64,000 bases of DNA from a virus (lineage: Duplodnaviria > Caudoviricetes), in the IMG/VR virus record IMGVR_UViG_3300021958_011541, positions 16,001 through 80,000 of that record, one strand, 5' to 3'. The position numbers and the translations under genes were made by a program. How positions within the stretch are numbered: the first letter of the stretch is position 1; every line of letters begins with the position of its first letter. Shown here piece by piece: positions 26,665-36,260 of this stretch. The notes under the pieces are model-generated. The model was not told the origin of the DNA. It ran no database searches and worked only from the letters and a program-made list of their open reading frames with translations.

Positions 26665-26925
26665 TTAAGCTTTAATTCCTGTTACAGTTGTAGGTCTGAA
26701 GCCTGCATCATAGGTATCGTTGATTGCAGTTAATTCAGTGGTCATTCCAAAATTATACAACTTACTAAATAATTCTCTACCCGTATGATTTTTATAATAA
26801 ATCTCGTCTTCAACTCTATTTGCTAAGAGAACGGTTTTTATACTGTTTTTCCACGTGGATAAATTGGATTGTAGTTCCGCTTTTGTTGCGGAATGTATTT
26901 TATTATTTAGTTCAACTAGATCCAT
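26665..26925 (-). CDS. Hypothetical protein
   Basis: 86-aa ORF between nrdA and nrdB; GTGTA at 26936-26940. Confidence 0.7.
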   Translation of the reverse strand: MDLVELNNKIHSATKAELQSNLSTWKNSIKTVLLANRVEDEIYYKNHTGRELFSKLYNFGMTTELTAINDTYDAGFRPTTVTGIKA

Positions 26926-26950
26926 CTATTATATATACACGTATTTTTAT

Positions 26951-29395
26951 TTATTGGCAACTCTCACAAGTTTCTCCGTTTTTCATTGCTTCAATGCTGC
27001 AAGCCGTAGCTTCTTCGCTATTATGTGTAGTATCAACATTAGATTTTTCAACTTTAGATGCGGCCCTATTTCTTAAGTAATAAGTTGTTTTTAAACCTTC
27101 TTCCCAGCATGCCATATATATGTCATTTAAATATTTAAGAGATGTAGACTTATTATAAAGATTGAAACTTACTGCTTGGTCTATCCATTTTTGGCGAACT
27201 CCATTAGCTTTAATTAATTGAAACATGTCTCTGTCAAATGCCGTTTTGTATTTATTTACAATATTTTCTGGTATTACTTCTTTTAGTAAAGATAAATCTC
27301 CGTCTGCATTCTTTACCATAGTGGCAATTTCAGAGGACCAAAGACCTGCATCTTTCATATCTTTAACAAAATGAGGGTTTGTAATATAAAAGTTTCCGCT
27401 TTTATTTTCGTAAACAAATAAGACTGAAAAGTTTGGTTCAATGCTTTGTTCAACGCCATTAATGTAACCAATTGTAGCAGTTGGAGCGATTGCCATAACA
27501 TTACTATTACGCATTCCGTTTTCTGCAATGCTATTGCGAACAATGTCCCAATCTAGTGAAGTCTCTTGTTTAAATTCTTTACGCTTGTACTTCATTAAGT
27601 CTGCATAAGAGTCTATCGGCAACTTATTTTGACTCCATAAAGAACCTTCAAAGGTTTGATACTTGCCTTTTTCTTTTGCTAATTTAGAACTTGCAAGAAT
27701 AGCATGGTAAGAATAAAATTCAAACAGTTTATCATTGAATTCAATAGCTTCATCGCTATCAATATTGATATTCATTCTGTGACAAACATCATGCAGGGCC
27801 ATCATTCCTAAGCCGATAGGCCTATGTCTTAAATTACTATTTTCAGCTTCTTTAGTTGGGTAAAAGTTAATATCTACCACACTATCTAGAGCTCTAATAG
27901 CAGTATGTATTGTTGATTCTAGCTTTTCGAAATCTAAAGTATTGTCTTCTTTTAAGTGGTTTAATAAATTAACTGAACCAAGATTACAAACCGCTGTTTC
28001 TCCTACTTCAATCTTTTCTCCTTTTTTGTATTTCGATGCTTTTGTATGCAAAGTGATTTCTGTACAAAGATTCGAACTCCTGACAACTCCTTCTTGCTGA
28101 TTTGTATAACGAATGTTACATGGGTCTTTAAAAGTATTCCAAGGGTGAGAAGTTTCAAAAAGAACTTTTAACATTTTTTTCCAGAGTTCTTTGGCTGGAA
28201 TTTTTCTAAAATTTTTAATCTCTCCATATTCCGCAGCTCGACAAGCGTCTTCATACCTGTCATCAAAAGCTTTACCAAAATAATCGTGAAGAGTTTTTCC
28301 ATCTTCATAAACCATTTCGCCTGGATCAAAGAAATACCAATCCTCTTCGTTCTTAACTCTACGCATGAACTCATCTGGTATCCATGAAGCCGTATTCATA
28401 TCATGACAACGCAAGCGGTCATCACCAGTATTCCTTCTTAAGTTAAGAAAATCTTCAAAGTCTAAGTGCCAAGGCTCTAGGTAAGCACATCCAGCGCCTG
28501 GCCTCTTACCACCTTGATTTACTGCCACCAAAAGATCGTTGTATATTTTAAGCCAAGGAACAAGCCCGCTAGAGATGCCGTTAGTTCCCTGAATATGAGA
28601 GCCTGTAGAACGAAAAGGGGTAACATCAAGGCCAAGGCCACCAGCGTATTTTGATTTCCTAGCTTCTTGCCAAGCACCGTCAAAGATACCATCAATACTA
28701 TCGTCAAAAGTATTAAGATAACAGGAACTAAGTTGTGAATGTGTTGTTCCACTATTAAAAAGCGTTGGGGTTGATGAGGTGTATAAAAACTGACTAAATA
28801 GATTATAGTATTTTATTGCCCACTCTTCTTTATTTTCTTCGTTAAGTGCTAAACCCATAGATACACGCATCCAGAAACTTTGAGGAGCTTCCATAATTTT
28901 TCCATCTTGTCTAATAAAATATCTATCGGCTAAAATTTGTATGCCTAGATACTTAAAAGATTTATCTCTTCTAATTTTTAAAGCTTCTGATAATTTACCT
29001 AAATCATATTCTAGTAGTTTAGGATTAAGGAATCCTTCTTTTACTAATTTTTTAGTGTTTTGTATAAAACTTTTTCTATATTGAAGTTTAAAGGCATCTG
29101 AATCTGCGCTCTCTTTGAATACTTCTTTATATAAAGTGTTAAGTAGTAGTCCTGCTGCAGCGTAAGAATAATTCGGCTCTTTTTCTATTTTTTCTCTTGC
29201 TGAAAGTATTAAGGCTTTATCTATATCTGTTGTTTTAATCTTGTCGAACAATTGTAATTGAGCATCTAAAACTATTTCGCTGGCTGAGACATTTTCTATG
29301 TTTTCACACGCTCTTTGAGCGCATGCATTGATCTTATCAACATTAAAATCTTCAAGCCTTCCGTTCCTCTTTTTTACGTTCATGGGGGTGGTCAT
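26951..29395 (-). CDS. nrdA: Ribonucleotide reductase large subunit with ATP cone
   Basis: VKKRNG ATP cone, TPTLFNSG, SSCYL, SNLCTEI, IAPTAT, KTTYY, C-terminal CESCQ. Confidence 0.97.
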   Translation of the reverse strand: MTTPMNVKKRNGRLEDFNVDKINACAQRACENIENVSASEIVLDAQLQLFDKIKTTDIDKALILSAREKIEKEPNYSYAAAGLLLNTLYKEVFKESADSDAFKLQYRKSFIQNTKKLVKEGFLNPKLLEYDLGKLSEALKIRRDKSFKYLGIQILADRYFIRQDGKIMEAPQSFWMRVSMGLALNEENKEEWAIKYYNLFSQFLYTSSTPTLFNSGTTHSQLSSCYLNTFDDSIDGIFDGAWQEARKSKYAGGLGLDVTPFRSTGSHIQGTNGISSGLVPWLKIYNDLLVAVNQGGKRPGAGCAYLEPWHLDFEDFLNLRRNTGDDRLRCHDMNTASWIPDEFMRRVKNEEDWYFFDPGEMVYEDGKTLHDYFGKAFDDRYEDACRAAEYGEIKNFRKIPAKELWKKMLKVLFETSHPWNTFKDPCNIRYTNQQEGVVRSSNLCTEITLHTKASKYKKGEKIEVGETAVCNLGSVNLLNHLKEDNTLDFEKLESTIHTAIRALDSVVDINFYPTKEAENSNLRHRPIGLGMMALHDVCHRMNINIDSDEAIEFNDKLFEFYSYHAILASSKLAKEKGKYQTFEGSLWSQNKLPIDSYADLMKYKRKEFKQETSLDWDIVRNSIAENGMRNSNVMAIAPTATIGYINGVEQSIEPNFSVLFVYENKSGNFYITNPHFVKDMKDAGLWSSEIATMVKNADGDLSLLKEVIPENIVNKYKTAFDRDMFQLIKANGVRQKWIDQAVSFNLYNKSTSLKYLNDIYMACWEEGLKTTYYLRNRAASKVEKSNVDTTHNSEEATACSIEAMKNGETCESCQ

Positions 29396-29489
29396 TTATG
29401 TTTGTACACAGACATTCTATGTTATGTTTTTTGTTATTGTATTTTGTTTAAAAAGGTATTTTAGCATTTATTTTTGTGTATATCAAGCG

Positions 29490-30494
29490 TTAATCAAGCT
29501 TGTTAATAACTTGCAATGCTGAACCTATAGCTTGGTGCATATCTATATACTTATAAGTTGCTAATCTACCGAGAAATATTACGTCTTTTTTATTTTTAGC
29601 GAGTTGTCTATATTTTTCATATAGCTCAGCGCCTTCTCCAAAATTTTTAGGATAAATCGGTTCATTTTTTCCTGGAACGTATTCTTCTGGGTAGTCTTTT
29701 GTAAGCACCGTATACTCAGGGCGTTGATCTAAGAATACAGAAGAATCAGAGGTTCTATTGAATGGTTTTTTATTGCATTCATTAATGACCCCGCCAAGAT
29801 TAAAAGAAAATTTATTATGATCTCTTTTCGTTTTTTTATGTACAAATTTTAAAGATCGATATGGTAGTTCTCCTAACTGAGAGTCAAAGTATTGAGATAT
29901 TGGAGCGGTCCAAATAGTTAAATCTGCTTTAAGTTTTTTACACGTATCTCTGTCTACCGATAGATTTACCTTAATTCCATCAAGCATAGCATTAAACATT
30001 GGGGTGTAACCATTTATAGGTATACCTTGGTACTTTGATGTAAAATACCTATCATCGTAATTATCTCTTTTATTTGGGATCCTTTTCGATATTGATTTAG
30101 GAAGTTTATTCCAAGGTATTCCCCAGTGCCTTTCTGAATACTCTTTAAAAATTAAATCTATAATTTCTTTGCTGTTTAAATCTTTACCTATTTGTTCTAT
30201 AGTTTTTTTGCTAAAAGGTATAGATATTAAGCCCTCCTTTGTATTTGCTCGCGTTTTATGAATGTAATTATTAAATTCAGAGTATCTATTTACGAATTCC
30301 CATACTTTTTTGTTGCTAGTATGAAAAATATGGCATCCGTACTCGTGAACATTGACACCTTCGACTTCATGGTCATAGCAATTTCCCCCTATATGATTTC
30401 TGGTTTCAAAAATTTCTACCTTATGACCTTTTTCTTTAAGTTTAATCGCCGCAGTAACCCCAGAAAGACCGCAGCCTACAATATTGACCCTCAT
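29490..30494 (-). CDS. glf: UDP-galactopyranose mutase
   Basis: GCGLSG FAD motif, HIGGNCYD, HEYGCHIFHT, LPYRSL, GRLATYKYIDM. Confidence 0.95.
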   Translation of the reverse strand: MRVNIVGCGLSGVTAAIKLKEKGHKVEIFETRNHIGGNCYDHEVEGVNVHEYGCHIFHTSNKKVWEFVNRYSEFNNYIHKTRANTKEGLISIPFSKKTIEQIGKDLNSKEIIDLIFKEYSERHWGIPWNKLPKSISKRIPNKRDNYDDRYFTSKYQGIPINGYTPMFNAMLDGIKVNLSVDRDTCKKLKADLTIWTAPISQYFDSQLGELPYRSLKFVHKKTKRDHNKFSFNLGGVINECNKKPFNRTSDSSVFLDQRPEYTVLTKDYPEEYVPGKNEPIYPKNFGEGAELYEKYRQLAKNKKDVIFLGRLATYKYIDMHQAIGSALQVINKLD

Positions 30495-31543
30495 AAATCA
30501 AAATCATCTTTTTGATTCCAATGTGGACAACCTTCGTAATACTGTTTAATTATTTTATCTGAATCTTGTTTTAAATTTTCAAGATCTGACTTGTTCATTG
30601 AGGTTTTAATTAATTCTCCATCTTTATTTAATAATTTAAAATAGTTATAAGGAAATTTATGAGGGCAATGCCACATTTTAGTCCCATCTTTTTTGAGTTG
30701 GCCTGGTTTTTTTGCAAAACCACAAGATAAGGGGCCTCCGAAGCTTCCATCTGAAGGATAGTCTTGTGTTGCCGCCAAGTTAGATTCAGCATCTCTTTCA
30801 TTAAAGTTATCAACTACAGATTGTATTTCAGTCAAAAAATACTCAAAGCCTTTAAGCTCTGCATCTCTTATATTTGAGATATTAACAACCCCTTCTCCTT
30901 TGCCTCCTAGCATATCATCTTCAAGATTGAACTTTAAAAATAAAAATTCAGCATCTCTATTCTTGATTTTAGGGTATAATTTACTAACTGCAAGAGTATA
31001 CATTAGGGCTTGCAAATTATCTGTAACATCTTTTCCTGTAAAAACTTTTTTACTAGTTTTAAAATCTCTAATTAAGGCGAGTGACTTTTTTTTATATAAA
31101 AATAGTTTATCTATGAAACCTCTAATGGAGTATTTAACGTCTTCAGTATCTTCATGAATTAAAAAAGATTTTTCTGATATTGCTTCTGATGGTTTACTTT
31201 CTGACCCACCAAAAAAATCATATTTTAAACCATTCATTATCATATCGTTAATTAAAGCTAAATTCTCTTCGTTATCTACATTTAAACTTGAAGATAGAGT
31301 TTTTATATATCTTGATATCACTTTATTTTTCCATATATTTCCGCTTTTTATTATTGAATTGTAGTGTTTTTTGTGCCTAGGGTTGCCTAGGCACTCGAAC
31401 AATTGGTGGCATACTGTACCTCTAGAAGCTCCATCATTTGCAGTGTCTGGCAGTTTTAAATGATAAGAACACCAATATAACCAAGAGCAACTTTGTAATG
31501 TTTTTATTTTACTCGCTGAGAGCGGTGACCTATCTTCAGACAT
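30491..31543 (-). CDS. PD-(D/E)XK nuclease, RecB/AddB/Cas4-like
   Basis: LSASKI, IRGFIDKL, RDFKTSK, QALMY; N- and C-terminal Cys residues. Confidence 0.85.
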   Translation of the reverse strand: MSEDRSPLSASKIKTLQSCSWLYWCSYHLKLPDTANDGASRGTVCHQLFECLGNPRHKKHYNSIIKSGNIWKNKVISRYIKTLSSSLNVDNEENLALINDMIMNGLKYDFFGGSESKPSEAISEKSFLIHEDTEDVKYSIRGFIDKLFLYKKKSLALIRDFKTSKKVFTGKDVTDNLQALMYTLAVSKLYPKIKNRDAEFLFLKFNLEDDMLGGKGEGVVNISNIRDAELKGFEYFLTEIQSVVDNFNERDAESNLAATQDYPSDGSFGGPLSCGFAKKPGQLKKDGTKMWHCPHKFPYNYFKLLNKDGELIKTSMNKSDLENLKQDSDKIIKQYYEGCPHWNQKDDFDL

Positions 31544-31544
31544 A

Positions 31545-32555
31545 TTATAGTTTTTTTAAATTATTGAGCAAGGTTTTTGACAATTTTATTTTTTTTGAGT
31601 AGTCTATTATATAGCTAGACTGATCTTTGTTAAATATATTATTTAGTTTATTATTAAATGAGTCGTAATCTTCTTTATTCATGTCTCCGAAATCATTTTT
31701 AACAGGTAAACAAATATTAAGTTTAGACTGATCAAAAAACGAAAGTAACTTTAAGTAGTTTTTGATAGCTCCATTTAACCCTCTGTTTTCAGAAGAGCTA
31801 GAATCGTTATTAAAAGATATAATAATTTTTTCAGGGTTAATGGATACCAAAAACGTTAGTAAAGTAGGAGACACTTCTAAACCAAATGTAACCAAACAAT
31901 CATAATCGGAATGACTTTTTATTGAAAGCATATCTCCAACACTCTCAACTAAAAGAACTTGAGAATAATTTTCAATGTTTAGATTATAATGAGGGTAAAT
32001 CCAGTTACTCTTTCTGCCGATATGTTTCCATTTAGGTCTGGTAGAACTGTTTGACATATCTCTTCCAGCAAAACCATGAATTTGATTATATTCATTCCTA
32101 ATAGGAAATACATAGCGTTGGTACATTTGACCCTTAGTTGCTAAACCAGAATCTAATTCAATTAATAAATCTTTTGGAATACCTTTATTTTGATAAAATT
32201 TATAATGAGGTAGTAAATCTTCCAAACATAATTCATTATATAGATCTTCATATAAAACTGTTGAGTTTTCATTTTTAACTAATGGTTCATTTATGGATTC
32301 ATTTTTTAAAATAGCTTCCAACTCTTCCTTAGTTAAGTTATGACTACTCTTTTTAACTAAAGCTGAAAATGGTAAAAATTTACTATCTTCTACATAATCT
32401 TTCCAAACTCCAGAATTTTTATAAATTTGTATAGCTGTAGGGTTATCTCCGTCTCTAAATACTGCTGAAGTTTGCCAATAGTCTCCACGGTCATTCAACG
32501 AATAACCTAAAGTTTCTAATATTGACTCAAAGTCTACATCTACTTCACTACTCAT
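31545..32555 (-). CDS. dnaG: DNA primase, DnaG/Toprim type
   Basis: RYVFPIRN...GFAGR, PKWKH, LVESVGDMLS, ISFNND, NDFGDM. Confidence 0.88.
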   Translation of the reverse strand: MSSEVDVDFESILETLGYSLNDRGDYWQTSAVFRDGDNPTAIQIYKNSGVWKDYVEDSKFLPFSALVKKSSHNLTKEELEAILKNESINEPLVKNENSTVLYEDLYNELCLEDLLPHYKFYQNKGIPKDLLIELDSGLATKGQMYQRYVFPIRNEYNQIHGFAGRDMSNSSTRPKWKHIGRKSNWIYPHYNLNIENYSQVLLVESVGDMLSIKSHSDYDCLVTFGLEVSPTLLTFLVSINPEKIIISFNNDSSSSENRGLNGAIKNYLKLLSFFDQSKLNICLPVKNDFGDMNKEDYDSFNNKLNNIFNKDQSSYIIDYSKKIKLSKTLLNNLKKL

Positions 32556-34084
32556 ATATCTAAAAGTAAGTCGTCTTCGTTTGAGGTCAAGGATATGTTA
32601 TTTGAGTTTTGATAATTAACCATATCTTGAAGATCTCCTACGTCTTTGATGTCAAAGTTATTCATCTCAAGATTAATGTAATTCTTTTTCTTTCTTCCGT
32701 CTGGGAGCTCTACTTCATTTAATGCTCGCTCGGCATCTTTACCTAAAAATCTATTCTTGAAGCATATTAATTTATGAGTTCCGAAACCTTCGGGGTCTTC
32801 AGCTAGTTCATCGAGAGTTTTCTTTCGTAGAGAAAACAAATGAGAGCTGAATTGAGTTATTTGATCTGATAAAGAAACAATGCTCTCGTCGTCCACAACG
32901 TTATCAGAGTTTCTGTTATTTGTGATACCTAACCTGTTCGATTGGACGCTAGTTAACATTCCTATAACTGGACCATCTTCAAAAACGATCTCGTCCTGAA
33001 TGAAGTTTTTAAATTTTGTAACCATATCTCCAACTAATTGCCAGTGAGATAAGTTGTTTGAGTTTTGTTCAGAGGTAGTTTTAATGTAATCAAAACTAAA
33101 AATCATTTTGTTGCCTCTTCCTACTTTGGAAAAATAAAATCTGCGCATTATATTTATCATTTGATCTACTGATTGACCTGCTACATTATAATAATATAAT
33201 TTCATATTTTTAATTACTGGCCAAACCTTCCTTACCTTCTCTACTAAATCTGGATTTTGCCTCCAAGAACCTGTTTCTAGGTAATACATTGGAACTCCTG
33301 ATAAGGCTGCGCACTGACGCATCATTATTTCTTCTTCGCTCATTTCACCATTATCAAAATGCAAAACAGGGACATTATCATATTTGAGCGATACTTTTGT
33401 ACAGTAATCCAAACAAAAGGTTGTCTTTCCTACTCCAGATCTAGAAACTATAACGGTAATGTTTCCTGGCCTTAATAAAGATCCATATAAATTATTAATA
33501 CTTTCATGAGGACCCATTAACCCAAATTCTGTTTGAGGGTTATTACCTCTTTCTTCAATAATCTCCTCCATTTTATCAAAAATGTTTTCTGGAGTATGTT
33601 TTCTTCTAAAGTATAGGTCTATATTTGAGTTGTATTTAGAATCTGCTGCATCAATTATCTCATCAAAACTTGAGGCAGTACTAATTTTTTTCATGGTATT
33701 TGCAACATTTAATGCAGATCCCATGATTTCATTTCTAACAGTAAATTTTTTAAGATCTTTCGCTACATCTAATATTGAAGCTTCAGAGATTTTTCTCATG
33801 GATAAAGATTTAATAAAATCTGTAGGATTTACTTTGCTCGCAAAGCTTATATTTAAATCTTTAACTCTCTGGGCAATTAATATATCATCTACTGTATCTC
33901 CAGCTTCTATACATTGCTTTAATATTTTAAAAATAGTTTTGTTTAAGTCTTCGTCACTTGCTCTAAAATCATCTTCATTTATGAAGTTTGATATTTGAAA
34001 AAAGCTGTTTGGATATTTTAATAATCCTGCAAGAAGGTGTTGTTCTAATTCGTGTGAAAAAATCATTAAAAAGTAATATATCAA
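32552..34084 (-). CDS. dnaB: Replicative DNA helicase; likely start 34066
   Basis: SRSGVGKT, FDNGEM, FDYIK, SVQSNR, KNRF. Confidence 0.92.
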   Translation of the reverse strand: MIYYFLMIFSHELEQHLLAGLLKYPNSFFQISNFINEDDFRASDEDLNKTIFKILKQCIEAGDTVDDILIAQRVKDLNISFASKVNPTDFIKSLSMRKISEASILDVAKDLKKFTVRNEIMGSALNVANTMKKISTASSFDEIIDAADSKYNSNIDLYFRRKHTPENIFDKMEEIIEERGNNPQTEFGLMGPHESINNLYGSLLRPGNITVIVSRSGVGKTTFCLDYCTKVSLKYDNVPVLHFDNGEMSEEEIMMRQCAALSGVPMYYLETGSWRQNPDLVEKVRKVWPVIKNMKLYYYNVAGQSVDQMINIMRRFYFSKVGRGNKMIFSFDYIKTTSEQNSNNLSHWQLVGDMVTKFKNFIQDEIVFEDGPVIGMLTSVQSNRLGITNNRNSDNVVDDESIVSLSDQITQFSSHLFSLRKKTLDELAEDPEGFGTHKLICFKNRFLGKDAERALNEVELPDGRKKKNYINLEMNNFDIKDVGDLQDMVNYQNSNNISLTSNEDDLLLDI

Positions 34085-34103
34085 ATATTACTTATTAAGT
34101 CAA
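34075..34103 (-). promoter_or_regulatory. Sigma70-type promoter for dnaB-dnaG
   Basis: TTGACT-N17-TATATT with TGn; implies a start at 34066. Confidence 0.75.
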
Positions 34104-34109
34104 GGAATA

Positions 34110-34382
34110 TTATTGAGGGTCTAGGCCTCCAGATTCACTTTCTTCTAGTTCAATTAAATACTTTTCGAGACCTTTTCTTAAACCTAAGTCAATAATCTGG
34201 CTATCTGCCTTATGTATAACCATTACTTCTCCATTTTGTGTGACATAAGATAAACAAAATCCCCTATCTTTATTGGTAGAACCTGTAAAATCATAAAGCC
34301 TTTCTAGCATGCTCTTAGGTATTGCAAATTGTTCGATTTGTTCTGGGTCAAATTCTTCTGGATCAAATTCTTCTTTACTCAT
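34110..34382 (-). CDS. Hypothetical protein
   Basis: 90-aa acidic ORF. Confidence 0.75.
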   Translation of the reverse strand: MSKEEFDPEEFDPEQIEQFAIPKSMLERLYDFTGSTNKDRGFCLSYVTQNGEVMVIHKADSQIIDLGLRKGLEKYLIELEESESGGLDPQ

Positions 34383-34383
34383 G

Positions 34384-34797
34384 TTATAATAATATTACAC
34401 CTTGTTTTTTAAATAGCATTTTATTTATTTTATCGTCAGGATAGATTTCAACAAGTTTTATGTCGTTTAACCTGCAAAAATTTAATTTATCTTTATCTCT
34501 TTTAAGTTGTGCTATAAAATTAGACTTGCTGTTGCCATGAAAGAAGGGAGTGTATTTTGTGTGCTGTGCTCCTTGGACTTCTACAGCAATCTTTTTAGAG
34601 GCATTAAAAAAATCCAAGCTTAATTTTGTTCCTGCAATTGGAAATTCTTCAAATACTACGTGATTAGACCAAAAAGGTTCTAGAAATTTTTTAACAGAGA
34701 ATTGAAATTCGCTTAAACTTTTGCCACCCCATGAAATTAAATATTTCTGAGGTTTTTTTACTGATCTTACTGCCCCGTGGAGAGTTTGAAATTTCAT
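34384..34797 (-). CDS. DUF559/Vsr-like endonuclease-fold protein
   Basis: EEFPI...LDFF...AVEVQGAQH...RDKDKLNFC. Confidence 0.75.
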   Translation of the reverse strand: MKFQTLHGAVRSVKKPQKYLISWGGKSLSEFQFSVKKFLEPFWSNHVVFEEFPIAGTKLSLDFFNASKKIAVEVQGAQHTKYTPFFHGNSKSNFIAQLKRDKDKLNFCRLNDIKLVEIYPDDKINKMLFKKQGVILL

Positions 34798-35888
34798 TAA
34801 ATATTAGATATTAATTTATTTATAAAATCTAACAAAAATGTTTGAGTTTCTAAACTTTCCTCTATTAAATTAACTAACTTTTGCTCTCCTTGTATTTTTT
34901 CTGGCAGTTCGATTTTTTCTTTTGCAGCAGCTTCAATAATATCTTTGTCGAAATTGATCCAAGCCCCTTTTTGTTCAATCAAGCCCCAGATTCTTAACAT
35001 ATCCAATAGCTCTTTTTCTACCCATATACTTCTTCCATCTGTCATTCCGTATCTAATGGGGTATCTTACTGAAGCATTGGTTTTTTCATTAATACTTTTT
35101 CTAAATTTAATTTTACAAATATGTCCGATAGGATTGCCTTTATCTTCTATTCTTGCTGCAGATGGATTTTCCCATATAATGTCATTAGAGTAACGCTCTT
35201 CAAATTCTAGTATGTAATTAGCATAATGCTTAACCGCGTTTCCTCCTGCTTGTTTAGTCTTTGGCCCTCCTCTCGAAGCATATGGATTTGAAGAAACTTC
35301 AATCCTAACTTGAGAAGTTAAAATCATTACGTGGTTTGATTTCATTATAGGGAGAACCATTTTCTTTAAAAATACAGAAGTAATTAAAGCTCCTCCTGCA
35401 ACTTGTTCTGATTCTACGAAAGGCTTATTATAATCGTTTTCTCTACAAAGCGCGTCAACGCTATCAATTATAAAGAAAAACTTTTTATTATCTTTATTTT
35501 CTGACACCAACATTCTGATTAGTTCAAAAACTTTTTCAAATACATTACAATCAAAAACGAAAAAGCTTTCTTTATCTGTATTAATTCCAGATCTTTTTAG
35601 AGATTCTGGAGATAATCTCCCTTCACTTCTTATATATACAACCATTCCATCTTTAGGAAACATCTCTTGAAAGTTCCTAGCGAACATCATGGCGCAACTA
35701 GTTTTGCCCCCTTCGTTTATTCCTGTAAACCTATGAACTCCTGCTGGTAAGCCTCCGTCTAAAGCTAGATCTAGGTTAAGGCTTCCACTTGGGATTTTGT
35801 AATTAATTTCTTCGTGATGATTGAAGTGAAATTTTTTATTTTCTTTTGCATTAAGAAAATCTTCTATTAGTTCTTGTGTTGCTCCCAT
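34797..35888 (-). CDS. recA: RecA/UvsX-like recombinase
   Basis: SGSLNLDLALDGG, GINEGGKT, IIDSVDAL, SQVR, GGNAVKHYA. Confidence 0.92.
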   Translation of the reverse strand: MGATQELIEDFLNAKENKKFHFNHHEEINYKIPSGSLNLDLALDGGLPAGVHRFTGINEGGKTSCAMMFARNFQEMFPKDGMVVYIRSEGRLSPESLKRSGINTDKESFFVFDCNVFEKVFELIRMLVSENKDNKKFFFIIDSVDALCRENDYNKPFVESEQVAGGALITSVFLKKMVLPIMKSNHVMILTSQVRIEVSSNPYASRGGPKTKQAGGNAVKHYANYILEFEERYSNDIIWENPSAARIEDKGNPIGHICKIKFRKSINEKTNASVRYPIRYGMTDGRSIWVEKELLDMLRIWGLIEQKGAWINFDKDIIEAAAKEKIELPEKIQGEQKLVNLIEESLETQTFLLDFINKLISNI

Positions 35889-36217
35889 TATTTTAAAAAT
35901 TGATTAATTGTTGATGGTTGTTTTTTTATTTTTTTATCCTCTCCTATTTTTTCTTCTAGTTTAGGAGATTTTATTTCTGGTAACTTATAATTATATTCAT
36001 TGAATCTCTTTTTTAACATTTTTTTTCCATATTCAGATATAAAATAAGCTAGGCTATCATACTTATCTCTAAAGGAAAGATCTCGCCAGAATTTTTCATT
36101 GTTAAATTCAGACATAAGTCCATTAAGCATTTTCATTTCCCTTGCCCAAAAAGGTCTTTTTTGGGTTTTTGGTACTATGACTAATTTTTCTATTATATGC
36201 TTTTTATTTAACTTCAC
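35888..36217 (-). CDS. Hypothetical protein with GTG start
   Basis: 109 aa; promoter ends 6 nt upstream. Confidence 0.75.
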   Translation of the reverse strand: MKLNKKHIIEKLVIVPKTQKRPFWAREMKMLNGLMSEFNNEKFWRDLSFRDKYDSLAYFISEYGKKMLKKRFNEYNYKLPEIKSPKLEEKIGEDKKIKKQPSTINQFLK

Positions 36218-36223
36218 CGTAAT

Positions 36224-36252
36224 AGTATACGGTAATTAAAGAAAAAAGTCAA
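36224..36252 (-). promoter_or_regulatory. Sigma70-type promoter for the recA operon, probably leaderless
   Basis: TTGACT-N17-TATACT. Confidence 0.8.
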
Positions 36253-36260
36253 GCTGTACT

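Noticed and set aside
30491-31543. Cas4 as part of a CRISPR-Cas locus
   Set aside because: No cas1, cas2 or array in the window; the context is replication
11869-34084. Inteins or group I introns in dnaE, nrdA, nrdB or dnaB
   Set aside because: Lengths are ordinary, conserved motifs are contiguous, and no splicing or homing-endonuclease motifs were seen
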